64,000 nucleotides of DNA. Origin: Methanomassiliicoccaceae archaeon (GTDB taxonomy: Archaea; Thermoplasmatota; Thermoplasmata; Methanomassiliicoccales; Methanomassiliicoccaceae). Of the stretch, positions 20,873-31,715 are shown piece after piece; positions within the stretch are counted from its first letter, which is position 1; every line of letters begins with the position of its first letter. A program made the translations under genes and the position numbers. Location of the stretch: the NCBI GenBank assembly GCA_963728405.1, contig CAVSJV010000007.1:32001-96000 (forward strand), given 5' to 3'. The notes below the pieces were generated by a model. That model did not search any database and was not told the DNA's origin. It worked only from the letters and a program-made list of their open reading frames with translations.

Positions 20873-21834
20873 ATGGTCGTCTTAGCGCGTTCGTATGTTT
20901 TCGAGCTGAACCCGGCTCCACCCTATGACTTTGAGCTTACCATCCGAAAACCGGCGGGGTGGTCCTTGTTCACCCCGTTTGAGGTGTTCGAGAATGGGAC
21001 AATGTGGACGGCCACGCATCTGCATGGTGCCCTGGCAGGGGTCAAGCTCACCTCTGCGGGGACCACCATGCACCCCCGAATTATCGCCGAGCTCTTCCTG
21101 GAGGACGGGCTCGGACCGGAGCAGCTGCGCATGCTGAAGAGGGCCCTGGTCCACGACCTGGCAGCGGACGAGGACCTTTATGACTTCTATGAGTTCGCCA
21201 AAGGTGACCACCTTCTGAACCGTGCGGTGAATGACCACTACGGCATGCACGATACCTCCCCCAGTACGGTCTTCCCACTGGCCGCTCTGGCCATATCGTT
21301 GCAGATGACCTCCTTCAAGCGGAGCGACGAGATGATGCGTTGCCTCATCACCAGTTATGGGGAGGTCGCTGAGTTCGAAGGAAAGAAGGTAGGCACCTGG
21401 CCTTTGCCAAAAAGGATTGCGGGGCTGGAGGCCGCTGAGCTGGCCAGGACATGCAAGTTCGGCTACCGGGCCAGGCTCATCGTGGACCTGGCGAGAGAAG
21501 ATCGACCGCGAGGGGTTCCCGACGATGGAGAAGCTAAAGGGCTCGACCCCCGAAGAAGCCAAAGCATCGCTCCTGGAGCTGCCTGGGATAGGGGACTATT
21601 CTGCCGACATCATCAACCCGCACGGCGGGTTCCCCATCGACGTATGGTCGGTCGACAGTCTTCGGTAAGCTGTTCTTCGGGGAGGTCCCTGTGAATAAGA
21701 GGGAGGGCGTGAAGACGATCAAGAAGGAGGGCCTGGCCAGATGGGGGAGGTGGTCGTGGATGGCCTTCTTCTACATCGTCCAGGACCTTGAGAACCTGTC
21801 AAAGGCGTTGGGAACGGAGCTTAGGTTAGTTTGA
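20873..21834 (+). CDS. HhH-GPD DNA glycosylase (AlkA/Ogg-like), two frameshifts
   Basis: GYRA, LLELPGIGDYSA, FPIDVW; ends RWGRWSW...LRLV* at 21834. Confidence 0.8.
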
Positions 21835-22164
21835 CCTCGTCCTTAGGCCCCATGGGACCATTTGGGGCTTTGATGCGAGTAAGGATCGGCAAATTATATG
21901 GATATATGATGGGTCCGGTCAGGACCCCTCGGGCGATGATCTATGTGATTCGTTCGATCGAGGTCTACCATCCTATGGCATGATCGGGCGGACATATCAA
22001 ATGAATTTTTAACCCAACCACTGAGCGAAGGTGGGAAGGAGTGAGGCTAAGCTCATCTCCGGAGATGTGACCAGGGAGTGGTCACAAGTGCTCGCTTTGA
22101 CCAAATAAAGTGACCACGCTGAAGTGGAGAACAAGGGCGAGATGCCCGAAAGGGAGATGCAAGA

Positions 22165-22452
22165 ATGGACAACGAACATAACCGCAATATGCCGACCGAG
22201 GAAGAGCTGAGGGGCATATTCAAGGTCCTGGGCGAAGAGGTACCGGGCCTGTTGGAGAAGCTCACCAAGATACTGTATGGCATCAAGGAGGGCGAGGACC
22301 TGGGCAAGGCCGTGGGCAACTTCCTGAAGGAGCTGGTCCAGAGGGGCATGCCCCCAACCAGGCTCGGATCCTGGCCGACCAGTACGCGTCGTTGGCCAGC
22401 ATCAGAAATGTCATGGGCATGGCCAAGACATGGGAGGGGCGGGGCAGCCTGA
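22165..22452 (+). CDS. Small hypothetical protein (likely frameshift in 3' half)
   Basis: Coding-like amphipathic sequence with SD GGAG upstream. Confidence 0.45.
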   Translation: MDNEHNRNMPTEEELRGIFKVLGEEVPGLLEKLTKILYGIKEGEDLGKAVGNFLKELVQRGMPPTRLGSWPTSTRRWPASEMSWAWPRHGRGGAA

Positions 22453-22662
22453 TAAAACGTGGGGCTGCAGAGATCCAACGGCATTAATGAGGATATTGTG
22501 GAAGGCCTACCCTATTGATCCAGATCGACAAATGGCGTCTCCTGGTGGCCGTGCCCCGTCTCATCCAGAAGAGGAGAGAGGCGAAGGGGAGGTCATCGGT
22601 AAGATGGTCAGACCCCCATGTTCTTCCTCTAATGTTCCTAGTATGCTTTATTCTATGGGCGT

Positions 22663-23316
22663 TCAAAGCCATCTCGTCACATCGCCCAATGGGGGTCTTT
22701 TCGATGGTGTCGGGGAAGCATCTGGATATCCTATCAGGCAGCCATCCAGGGCATACTCCCCGAAAGGAATATCGATGAGCTCACAAAACTCCCTGTCTTC
22801 GGCCATCTCTTCGGTGATGGAGAGAAGCTGAAAGCCAAGGCCGAGGGCGGTCGCTTTCAGCCACATGTTCTCCAGGCAATGGGCGATCGCGAGACCTGCT
22901 ACCTCTGGAACCCCTTTTTGATCGGCTACAACAATGTAATAAGGGGCCTTTCCAAGGATGGGCAACCCCTGTGGACCTACCATCTCGAGTCGACCCAAGT
23001 AGGGGTTCCCGCGACTTCTCAGGGAGTCATCTTGCTGCATCTTCTTTTCCAGATCGCCATACAAGGTGGAGGCCCTACGTTTTATCAGCGAGGCCGCTCG
23101 GGAAGTGACCTCGCTATCCCGAGGGATCACCACGAACCGGCGAAAATCCTCTCGGGTCGCGACCAGCTGGGTATAGGGGGCAAGCAGCCCTGCTTTGAGG
23201 ACCCTCTCTATCATTGGTCTTGGAGGCACATCGGGTTTGAACTTTCGGACCGTATGTCTCGATTCGATCAGGTGGTCGAGCATCTGGTTCTGTGCTTCGA
23301 TGGTGAATGTGGTCAT
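22663..23316 (-). CDS. Nitroreductase family protein
   Basis: IESRHTVRKF, AGLLAP, LENMWLKATALGLG, LIGYP. Confidence 0.9.
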   Translation of the reverse strand: MTTFTIEAQNQMLDHLIESRHTVRKFKPDVPPRPMIERVLKAGLLAPYTQLVATREDFRRFVVIPRDSEVTSRAASLIKRRASTLYGDLEKKMQQDDSLRSRGNPYLGRLEMVGPQGLPILGKAPYYIVVADQKGVPEVAGLAIAHCLENMWLKATALGLGFQLLSITEEMAEDREFCELIDIPFGEYALDGCLIGYPDASPTPSKRPPLGDVTRWL

Positions 23317-23372
23317 AGCGGTATCCTCTAGAGCCTATATGTTCCACAGCTTAGTGCTACACCAATGAATTC

Positions 23373-23922
23373 TTATCGCATCTGACCAGCAGCTCGCAAT
23401 TCGGCCGAGATCTTCTCCACCGCAGCCTCAATGTCCTGAGGTTTCTTCCCACCAGTGCAAACAACCTTCCCAGAACCGAATATTAAAAGCACTACCTTCG
23501 GTTGGTCCAAGCGGTACACCAGCCCGGGGAATTGTTCCGGTTCGTACTCTACCCTTTCCAGACCCAATGATATGGCGATGGCGTTAAGGTTCAGTTTCTG
23601 CTTTAGGTCTGCTGAGGCAACGATGTTCTGGACCACGATCTCCGGTTCCTTGATAACGGTGACACCGGTCTTCTCGATGAGTTTTATTACTTTCTCAATT
23701 GCCGTCCTGACCTGATCTGAGCTCTTTGATCCAGTACAAACGACCTTTCCGCTCCTGAACAGGAGGAGTGCCGCCTTGGGATCCTTGACACGATAAATGA
23801 GGCCAGGGAATTGTTCCGGTTCGTATTCAGACCCGTCCAACGCCAGGGCGAGCGCTTGCAGATCAAGCTCAAATCCCAATGAGGTGGAGGCTACTACAGT
23901 TCTCGATCTTGTAGGTGGAAAT
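23373..23922 (-). CDS. tbp: TATA-box-binding protein (frameshift near 5' end; start codon unclear)
   Basis: Two repeats of EYEPEQFPGL.YR...PK...L.F.SGKVVCTG. The N-terminal KIENVVAS is restored by removing one base near 23898. Confidence 0.95.
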
Positions 23923-24095
23923 AATAATGCCTCTTATGACTGAGCTACCATCCCATATATAACCAAGCTACCTCCCATGGGATGATAAGGATATAAAACG
24001 GGGTTAAGCATTGCTGTTCTGTTGGGCCCAATTGAATTTTGACCCTAATGTCGCCGGCCGGGTTCGATACTTTCTTCTTCCCGGGCCTTGCTGCA

Positions 24096-24758
24096 TTATC
24101 TGTGCCAATTCAGGATCGTTTCCAGGCAGACCCTCAGATCGTTCCCCTCGTGCACGACCTCGCTTGCGATCGAGACCCGGTCGTCCATGGGATCGAAGGC
24201 GATCGAATGGCCAGACTGCTGGAACATGCAGATATCGATGAGGCCGTCCCCCACGGACACGATCTCCTCTTTCCGGAGGCCGTACTGTTCCCTCCATCGT
24301 TTGATCCATTCGTCCTTTTCCAGGAAGGTCACATTGCGCACGTAGGTCGGAAGAAGCAGATCGTTATCGTCGGTGAGGAACCAATTGGCCTTCCACAGGT
24401 GAAGATCGGCCCTGGTTCCGATGACCCGGGCGATGGGTTCCATCCCACTCGATATGATGGCGCATCGAATGTCCCGTTTGCGAAGCTCAGCGACCAGCTC
24501 GGGAAAGCCCTCTCGGAAGTGGGTACCTTTGACGATGGCCTCTCCCGCTTCGCTGGATCTTAGTCCTGGTCGGGAGTCGAGGATGGCCCGCATGTTGGCA
24601 GAAGCCCAACCATCCTCGTCCAGCTCTCCGGAGACATACCTTTGATGGAAGGGCCTGGAGTCATGATCGAATGCCTTGAACAGGGTCTCCCAAGAGCTTC
24701 TCTCGCGAGTGAGGGTCCCATCCATGTCGAAGACGACCAGCTTGATCAGTGTTCTCAC
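24096..24758 (-). CDS. HAD-IB family phosphatase (phosphoserine phosphatase-like)
   Basis: VVFDMDGTL, IISSG, K, SVGDGLID motifs. Confidence 0.85.
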   Translation of the reverse strand: MRTLIKLVVFDMDGTLTRERSSWETLFKAFDHDSRPFHQRYVSGELDEDGWASANMRAILDSRPGLRSSEAGEAIVKGTHFREGFPELVAELRKRDIRCAIISSGMEPIARVIGTRADLHLWKANWFLTDDNDLLLPTYVRNVTFLEKDEWIKRWREQYGLRKEEIVSVGDGLIDICMFQQSGHSIAFDPMDDRVSIASEVVHEGNDLRVCLETILNWHR

Positions 24759-25065
24759 GCCCCTGATGACAATATGATCTTGGATGAAATAGATGCTCCC
24801 GGATGGGAGAGCACGCTTCTGTTCGGACCGACGATGTGGCCCTCTACCCGGCCCCTTTCCAATCATTCTTTTTACTATCGCAACGACCCGAACAGGACCG
24901 TAATGATCGCAAGGGTTCGGAACGGTGGAGGTCTGGGCGTTCTCGGGCCTTATCCTTCGTTCATAGGGAGGGTCGCGCGACGGTAGGGAAATGAAACGCA
25001 TGGAAAGAATGACGCATACCTCGACCCATGTATCATCATCGATCAATCACTGGGGATGATGGAAG

Positions 25066-25939
25066 ATGGCTGACATGGCGGGCAAGGTCTGCATCGTGAC
25101 CGGCAGCAACTCGGGCATAGGCAAGGAGACGGCTCTAGCCCTAGCAGAGATGAACGCCACCCTGGTCATGGTCGTGCGTGATCCAAAGCGGGGCGAGGAG
25201 GCTCGAGAGGCGATCGTCGGCCAGACCGGGAATGGGTCCACAAGATCTCATGATCTGCGATCTGGGGTCGTTCGATTCGATCCGGCATTTCGCCATGGAG
25301 TTCAGGAAGAAGTACGGCCGGTTGGATGTGCTGGTGAACAATGCCGGAGCGGTCTTCGATAGGCGAGAGGTCACCGTCGACGGCTTCGAGCGGACACTGG
25401 CGGTCGATTACCTGGGGCCGATCCTGCTCACCCTAGAGCTGCTGGACCTGCTGAAGAGGAGCGCGCCCTCCCGGGTCATCAACGTGACCTCCGGGCTGGC
25501 CAATCGGGGAAAGGTCGACCTTACTGATCTGCAGAGCGAGAAGAGCTATTCAGGAATGAAGGTCTACTCCAACGTCAAACTGATGCTGGTCATGCACACT
25601 TACGAGCTGGCAGAACGGCTGAAGGGCTCCGGAGTAACGGTGAACGCCGTGATGCCTGGGTTCGTCGCCACCAACCTGGGGAAGAACAGCGGCAGCCGCC
25701 GCTCGGCCATCATGTTCGCGCTGGTCCGTCCGATGCAGATCAGCGCCCGGAAGGGGGCGGAGACGTCCGTTCACCTTGCTTCCTCGAACAAGGTCAAGGG
25801 TGTGACGGGGAAGTGCTTCGCCAAGAGAACGGAGACATCGACCTGTTCGACTTCCCATGACCGGGAGCTTCGGAAGCGCTTATGGGACAGGACGATGGAG
25901 CTGCTCGGCCGGCCTACGGGACCGGCCGGGGGCGCCTAG
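25066..25939 (+). CDS. Short-chain dehydrogenase/reductase (retinol-dehydrogenase-like), frameshift near 25240
   Basis: TGSNSGIG, LVNNAG, YSNVK (YxxxK), PGFVAT. Confidence 0.9.
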
Positions 25940-26000
25940 GGGCCCTGGGCGGTCGCTTTCAGCCATTTGTTCTGCAGGCAGTGGGCTAGAAAAAGCTGCG

Positions 26001-26423
26001 TCACATCGGGAACCCCTTTCTGCTCGGCCACGACAATATAGTACGGCGCCCTCCCAGGGTGGGTGGCCCCTGCTGGCCGGTCATCTTCATAACGCCCAGG
26101 TACCGTTCTCCGCGTCCCCTCGGAAGATCATCGTGTAGCATCCGTTCTCTCAGCTCCTCGGACTGAGCGGTGCCTTGGTGCTTCATCAACGCGGCTACCC
26201 GGGAAGTGACCTCGCTTTCCCAGGGGATGACCACGAACCGTCGAAAGTCCTTGCGGGTCACGCTGATCTGGGCGAAAGGGGCGAACAGACTGGCCTGAAG
26301 GACCTTCTTCACCATCGGCCTCGGAAGTATCTCGTCCTTGAACTTGCGGACCGTGCGTCTCGTTTCGATGGGACGGTCCAGCATCTGGTCCTGCTCTTCA
26401 ACGGTGAACGAGGTCATGACCAC
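26001..26423 (-). pseudogene. Truncated nitroreductase, paralog of 22663-23316
   Basis: Highly similar N-terminal half (IETRRTVRKF...DFRRFVVIP.ESEVTSR); C-terminal half missing. Confidence 0.8.
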
Positions 26424-26695
26424 GTCCTCCCGAGCTAAACTTGGAATTCAGTGAACCGATGGGCTACAAGGGCACCGACGAAGGACGGCCAGATGAGAGG
26501 CGGTCTCCGGGAGCACGCCCTCCTCGCATCAGGGGGTGGAGGTCGGGGGTGGCCGGACCTTGCAAAAACTGACCGCTTCAAGAATATGGAGCAAATGAGG
26601 GCGCGTTGGCGACGTTGTTTATATACGGCGACCAGCCAAGTTATCTAGCTCGAACATTGCTGGAGCAATGGCGAGCGATACGTGGAGGAGAATAG

Positions 26696-27262
26696 ATGGC
26701 TAAGAAAGATGAACCAATGACGATCGTAGTGGCAAGGTACAATGATCTCACGGGAGCCACCCGTTCGCTCGAAGGCCTAAAGATGGTTAGAAAGGAACAG
26801 AGCAGAGGCGAAAGGATGGAGATTCGGGACGCCGCCGTTCTCACCAAGAACGCCGAAGGGGAACTTAAGGTCAAGGAAACGAAGGACTTCGGGGCAGGCA
26901 AGGGATTCGTCGCCGGAGCAATCGTTGGCGGGGTCATCGGGATCGCCGCGGGCCCAGTGGGCTGGGCGGCCTTGGGCGTCGGCATCCTGGGGGCCCTGGG
27001 CGCTGAACTGAGGAACAAGGGCTTCGACGAGCAGCGCATCAAGACCATGGCCTCCGAGATGAAGCCCAACACCTCGGCCATAATTGTGCTGGTGGCAGAC
27101 CAGTGGGCATCGGAGGTAAAGGAAGAGATCGGCAAGCAGGCCGCCGATGTTTGGACCCAGGGGCTGTCCGGGGAGATCGTCCAGCACATGGAGAGCAAGG
27201 GAGAGGTGACCCTTCCGCCCGAAGCGACCGCTGAACCAATGAAGGTGGCCCCCAAGGCCTAG
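26696..27262 (+). CDS. DUF1269-like small membrane protein
   Basis: IRDAAVL, Gly-rich TM hairpin (GAIVGGVIGIAAGPVG), KPNTSAIIVL; SD GGAGG. Confidence 0.75.
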   Translation: MAKKDEPMTIVVARYNDLTGATRSLEGLKMVRKEQSRGERMEIRDAAVLTKNAEGELKVKETKDFGAGKGFVAGAIVGGVIGIAAGPVGWAALGVGILGALGAELRNKGFDEQRIKTMASEMKPNTSAIIVLVADQWASEVKEEIGKQAADVWTQGLSGEIVQHMESKGEVTLPPEATAEPMKVAPKA

Positions 27263-27575
27263 GGTGGGTGGACATCCAAATAATGGCGAACAGGGGCTGG
27301 ACCTATGCTCGATGTAATGATCGGGACGGGGGCCGGCCCCTCCTTTACCGTCTTTATACATTTTTAAAGGGAATACTTCGAACCCGCCGCAATGCAAGAT
27401 CGAGAAGAACCTATGGCACACTTGACCCCGCTTTACCCCTTCGAACCTGGCAAGCGATGGCTTTGGAATGGATCGAGCGGCTGAGCAAATGCCCAGGATG
27501 CTGGTAAATCGCCATATCCCGGGATGACCTGGCTCCAGGAGAACCTGTGCTCGCTGTCCGGTCGCCCTTGGGCCC

Positions 27576-28400
27576 ATGATGATGATGGCCGCTCTGGCCA
27601 CTTTCGGTCCGGACATCCCGCTGTTCCTGTTGTTCGATCTGCTGCTGGTGCTGATGGCGTTCTCGGTGGCCAGGGAGCTGGGGGACTATCAGGACTACTG
27701 TCGGGAATGGCTGTATCGCCGGGACCAGCCCAAGGGGACGGAGCTCCCGCCCCTGCCTCCCCTGCACTCTGAGGATGCGGAAAAGCATCGCTTCTACCAT
27801 GACTTCCGTCCGCGGTACGGGCGGCTGTCGGAAGGCATCCGGACCTCCCGGAAGGCGGTGTTACGGTTCGTGGTGGTCCCCATGGCCGTGTTCATCATCT
27901 TGGGGGCTGCGCTCACCGATGTCTCTGAAGCCGGACTGGGTGACCTCCAGAACGTATTCAACGTCATCGCCGGTAGCCTGCTGGTGGTGGGCATCGCGAT
28001 CACCGCGCTGAGCTTCTTCAAGGGGTTCTATCCCAAGGGCTCATGCTCGCGCATGGCGTTCGCCGTCCTGGTGGCGGTGGGGAGCGCGGTCTGGGTGTGG
28101 ACCATTGCCCTGGGAGGGAACATCGATGTACAGATCTCCCAGATCTCCATCCATCTGAACTACCAACCGCCGGTGTTACTCTTCGTGTTCGCCGCCCTGC
28201 TCTGGGCGGTGTTCGCGGTGGTGGAATTGCTGTCCTATCGTAAGGACTGGATCGCGGCGGGGCTCGTCCCGGTGAACGATAGGCTCATCCGCCAGCGGAA
28301 GAGGGATGAAAGGGAGCGCCGCAAGCTGGACCGGAAGGCGCAACGGGAGGCGGAAAAGGCTCAGAGCAGGGCAGCTCGATCAAAAGAGCAGGCCAAGTAA
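27576..28400 (+). CDS. Hypothetical multi-pass membrane protein with basic coiled-coil tail
   Basis: About 5 hydrophobic segments and an R/K/E-rich C-terminus; the 5' end may be incomplete. Confidence 0.55.
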   Translation: MMMMAALATFGPDIPLFLLFDLLLVLMAFSVARELGDYQDYCREWLYRRDQPKGTELPPLPPLHSEDAEKHRFYHDFRPRYGRLSEGIRTSRKAVLRFVVVPMAVFIILGAALTDVSEAGLGDLQNVFNVIAGSLLVVGIAITALSFFKGFYPKGSCSRMAFAVLVAVGSAVWVWTIALGGNIDVQISQISIHLNYQPPVLLFVFAALLWAVFAVVELLSYRKDWIAAGLVPVNDRLIRQRKRDERERRKLDRKAQREAEKAQSRAARSKEQAK

Positions 28401-28884
28401 GTGGCTCAAGCACTGCTACGGTAGATGAGCAAAAGCCTTGGCCGGCGCGCATGATCGAACTAAAATGGCAGAGGCAGAGGTGGCAACGGAAGAACAAGGT
28501 TCGATCTGATCTGCCAATGCCTCACCCTGTACCGTTCGGTGGTCTGATTGGAAGGCCGTGGGGCAGTTGAGTTCCCTCGGCCCTGGAAGATCGGAAAGAA
28601 TGGGGAAATAGGGCCGCGACAGGTGGTCTTCCCTTATTACAGCGAGGATTAAAATGAGCTCACGGCCGATCGGCCGGGTCAGTGGATGGACGTCCATCTG
28701 AGGTCATCGATAAGCTGACAAGCCATTGAACAAAGAACAGCATCGAAGAAGGAGCTGGCGGCATATCGTCTCGATTTTATGATATGCGCTCATTGGGATG
28801 CCCTCTTTGAATGGGAATCACTATCAAATACCAGGATTGTTCTTGCACTTCCTCAATAATAATCTCGGTAAGGTGATACTAGGC

Positions 28885-29307
28885 ATGTACAGCATGAGTC
28901 CACGGACGGGTAAGTGTTTGAGCGATGCAGAGTGCATAGCCAAGTTCAAGACAGGCGAAGAGTGGGGTCTCCTGACCTCCATCGACCTGCATGACTGCGA
29001 CCCCGAAAGGATCGCCAGCAAGGAAGTGATCACGCAGTTCTCTATCGACCTCTGTAACTACATCGATATGAAGAGATTCGGCGACCCCATCGTGGTTCGG
29101 TTCGGCGCCGACCCTCGGGTGCAGGGCTATTCCCTCGCTCAACTGATCGAGACGTCGCTGATCTCCGGGCACTTTGCCGAGAACACCGATCGAGCGTTCA
29201 TCGACGTCTTCTCCTGCAAGGAATACCCGCCCCAAAAGACCGCAGAGTTCTGCAAGAAGTACTTCGGCTCTAAGAGCATGGAGTACTCGGTGGCCTTCCG
29301 GACCTGA
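28885..29307 (+). CDS. SpeD/SpeH-like pyruvoyl-dependent decarboxylase proenzyme
   Basis: IDLHDCD, GYSLAQLIETSLISGHF, AFIDVFSCK; SD AGGTGA upstream. Confidence 0.85.
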   Translation: MYSMSPRTGKCLSDAECIAKFKTGEEWGLLTSIDLHDCDPERIASKEVITQFSIDLCNYIDMKRFGDPIVVRFGADPRVQGYSLAQLIETSLISGHFAENTDRAFIDVFSCKEYPPQKTAEFCKKYFGSKSMEYSVAFRT

Positions 29308-29384
29308 GATCCTACATCGGGGCATCACCTTACGTGAAGCGGACCTAGGCTCGATCTCAGGGTAAGCGCCGGACCCTGGGTCAT

Positions 29385-29560
29385 TTATTTATGGTCCTTC
29401 TTGAGGAAGGCGGAGAGGGGCGTCCGGTAGCGGTCGTGCCACCCCTGGGCGTAGTCCTCGACCTGCTCCGCCGGTACGCTGGCCTGCACCAAGCTTAGCT
29501 CCGTACCCTCCCCCTCCCCGCGCAGGGTGATCTCCAACCGGGATGGAGGCGCTCCCCGTG
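29385..29560 (-). pseudogene. C-terminal fragment of SRPBCC/AHA1-like protein
   Basis: SEWP....SRLEITL....GTELSLVQASVP...EDYAQGWHDRY. Confidence 0.6.
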
Positions 29561-29782
29561 GCCACTCCGAGGTGGGCCGCTCTTGCACGATACGCTCACA
29601 CTTGTTACGGGGGAGGAACATTACCTTCCCTTGGTCAGCAAAATCCTTAACGACGTCGATCAGCAGGGGATCGAGCGAAATCCATTCCGACTTTATTATT
29701 ACTATCCGTTGAAGCCAAAAATCACTTATCCGAGTGGGGTATTCGTCTCCTAGTTCGTCAAGCTCAAAGAGGATCATTACCG

Positions 29783-31231
29783 ATGATGAAGTTCGATGGC
29801 AAGGTACTGCTAATTGGCTATGGCTCTGTAGCGCGATGCACGCTTCCCATCCTGTTGAAGCATGTAGAGATACCCTATGGTAACATCACCATAATTGACT
29901 TCGAGAACAAGGCCTCTGCCCTGAAGGAATGGACCAGCAAGGGCGTCGGATATCGCCAGCAGAGAATAACCCCCGATAACATCGATTCCGTCCTGTCGGA
30001 GCACCTGTCGCCCGGCGGGCTCCTCATCGACCTGGCCTGGAACCTGGACACCTGCACCTTCATCCGATGGTGCCACGAACACGAGGTGCTGTTCGTCAAC
30101 ACATCGCTGGAGGTCTGGGACTCCATCCACGAGATAGAGTCCAAGAACCCGGTCGAGAAGTCGCTCTACCACAGGCAGATGCGCCTGAGGGAACTGACCA
30201 AGGGCTGGGATGATGGGGTGACCGCGGTCATAGACCACGGTGCCAATCCCGGTCTGATCTCCCATTTCGTGAAGCAAGCTCTGGTCGACATATCCGAGCG
30301 GTTGATGGCCGACCAGAAGGTGAGCAGGGACGAGGCCGAGCACTTCAGGGCCCTAGTGAGAGCGCATAACTACGCCGAGCTGTCCATGGTCCTGGGCGTT
30401 AAGATCATCCACTGTTCGGAGAGGGACACCCAGATCACGAACAATCCCAAGACGGTCGACGAGTTCGTGGGGACCTGGAGCATCGAAGGCCTGAGGGAGG
30501 AGGGGACCGCCCCGGCAGAGATAGGCTGGGGGACGCACGAGACCACCTTGCCGCCGATGGCCTACGTGCCATCCACCGGGCCAAGGAACCAGATCATGCT
30601 CGCCCAGATGGGCATGAACACCTGGGTGAGGTCCTGGGTTCCCGATTGCGAGATCGTCGGGATGGTCATCAGGCACGGGGAGGCCTTCGGGCTATCGGAC
30701 AAGTTCACCGTGTTGAAGGAGGGGGAGGTCGTCTACCGGCCGACGGTCTGCTATGCCTACATGCCGTGCAATGACACCATGGCCTCCCTGCACGAGCTGA
30801 GGTGCAGGAACTACGAGATGCAACCGAAGCTCCGGATCCTGCGGGAGAAGGAGATCGTCTCTGGAGCGGACACGCTCGGCGCCCTGCTGATGGGGCACGA
30901 GTACGGCTCCTGGTGGTGCGGGAGCATCCTCACCATCGAGGAGGCCAGAAATCTTGCTCCGGGACAGAACGCCACCACCGTGCAGGTGGCCTTGGGAGTG
31001 GTGTCCGCGGTCATGTGGATGATCGAGCACCCCCGCGAGGGGCTGTGCACCCCCGAGGACCTCCCTCACGACTACGTGCTCAAGATCGCCAGGCCGTACC
31101 TGGGAAAGCTTGTGTCCGTGCCGTCGGACTGGACCCCGCTCAGGAACAGGAAGGTCTACTTCAAGGAAAACCTCGCCACCCGCCCAGACGATGACATGTG
31201 GCAATTCAAGAATTTCGTCTTTGTCCCTTGA
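29783..31231 (+). CDS. hss: Homospermidine synthase
   Basis: GYGSVA Rossmann motif, HGANPGLISHF, SERDTQ, TWSIEG, EIGWGTHE, QNATTVQV, WQFKNF. Confidence 0.92.
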   Translation: MMKFDGKVLLIGYGSVARCTLPILLKHVEIPYGNITIIDFENKASALKEWTSKGVGYRQQRITPDNIDSVLSEHLSPGGLLIDLAWNLDTCTFIRWCHEHEVLFVNTSLEVWDSIHEIESKNPVEKSLYHRQMRLRELTKGWDDGVTAVIDHGANPGLISHFVKQALVDISERLMADQKVSRDEAEHFRALVRAHNYAELSMVLGVKIIHCSERDTQITNNPKTVDEFVGTWSIEGLREEGTAPAEIGWGTHETTLPPMAYVPSTGPRNQIMLAQMGMNTWVRSWVPDCEIVGMVIRHGEAFGLSDKFTVLKEGEVVYRPTVCYAYMPCNDTMASLHELRCRNYEMQPKLRILREKEIVSGADTLGALLMGHEYGSWWCGSILTIEEARNLAPGQNATTVQVALGVVSAVMWMIEHPREGLCTPEDLPHDYVLKIARPYLGKLVSVPSDWTPLRNRKVYFKENLATRPDDDMWQFKNFVFVP

Positions 31232-31265
31232 TCGTTAATTCTCTCATGCCTGAACAATTGGCTAT

Positions 31266-31420
31266 GTGGCCGAGTGGCGGGTCATCAACGCTGCTGACTA
31301 TGGCTATCATCAAAAGAGGAGGCGGACGTTCATCTTCGCCACACTGGTGAGGGGACCGTCGAGCAGCTCTATGAGAACAAGACGGACGCGAAGATCATCA
31401 CCAAGCATGGTTTCTTCGCG
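31266..31420 (+). pseudogene. Fragment of a DNA (cytosine-5) methyltransferase
   Basis: EWRVINAADYGYHQKRRRTFIFA matches C5-MTase motif VIII; the rest of the gene is absent. Confidence 0.7.
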
Positions 31421-31502
31421 CCTGAGTTCCCATGCAAGCCACACGGTAAGACGACAGGGGCCTCAGTGTGCTTGTGGTCGGACCTGGTCAAGAATCTTGG
31501 GT

Positions 31503-31530
31503 GTGCGAGGGAAGGATTTGAACCCACGAG
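31503..31530 (-). repeat. Isolated tRNA 3'-end fragment (T-arm plus acceptor strand, probably tRNA-Leu), att-like
   Basis: Reverse complement reads GTGGGTTCAAATCCTTCCCTCGCAC; no 5' half present. Confidence 0.55.
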
Positions 31531-31611
31531 AATATCGTCTAGGAAAAGGTTCGACTCTTGATAATCGCATAATTCATAATCGAATCAAATTTTTTGACAT
31601 AAATATAGAAT

Positions 31612-31715
31612 AATGGTGGGTCTGTCCAGATTCACCAAAGTAACTATCCAGTATATCAGTTATTTTCGTCAATAACGACCTTCCGTGCAATTTGAGCCTT
31701 TACCATAAAACCTCT
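31612..31715 (-). repeat. tRNA-Pro 3'-end copy (att-like) plus conserved flank, copy 2
   Basis: AATGGTGGGTCTGTCCAGATT differs by one base from the tRNA-Pro end at 35155-35175. Confidence 0.75.
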
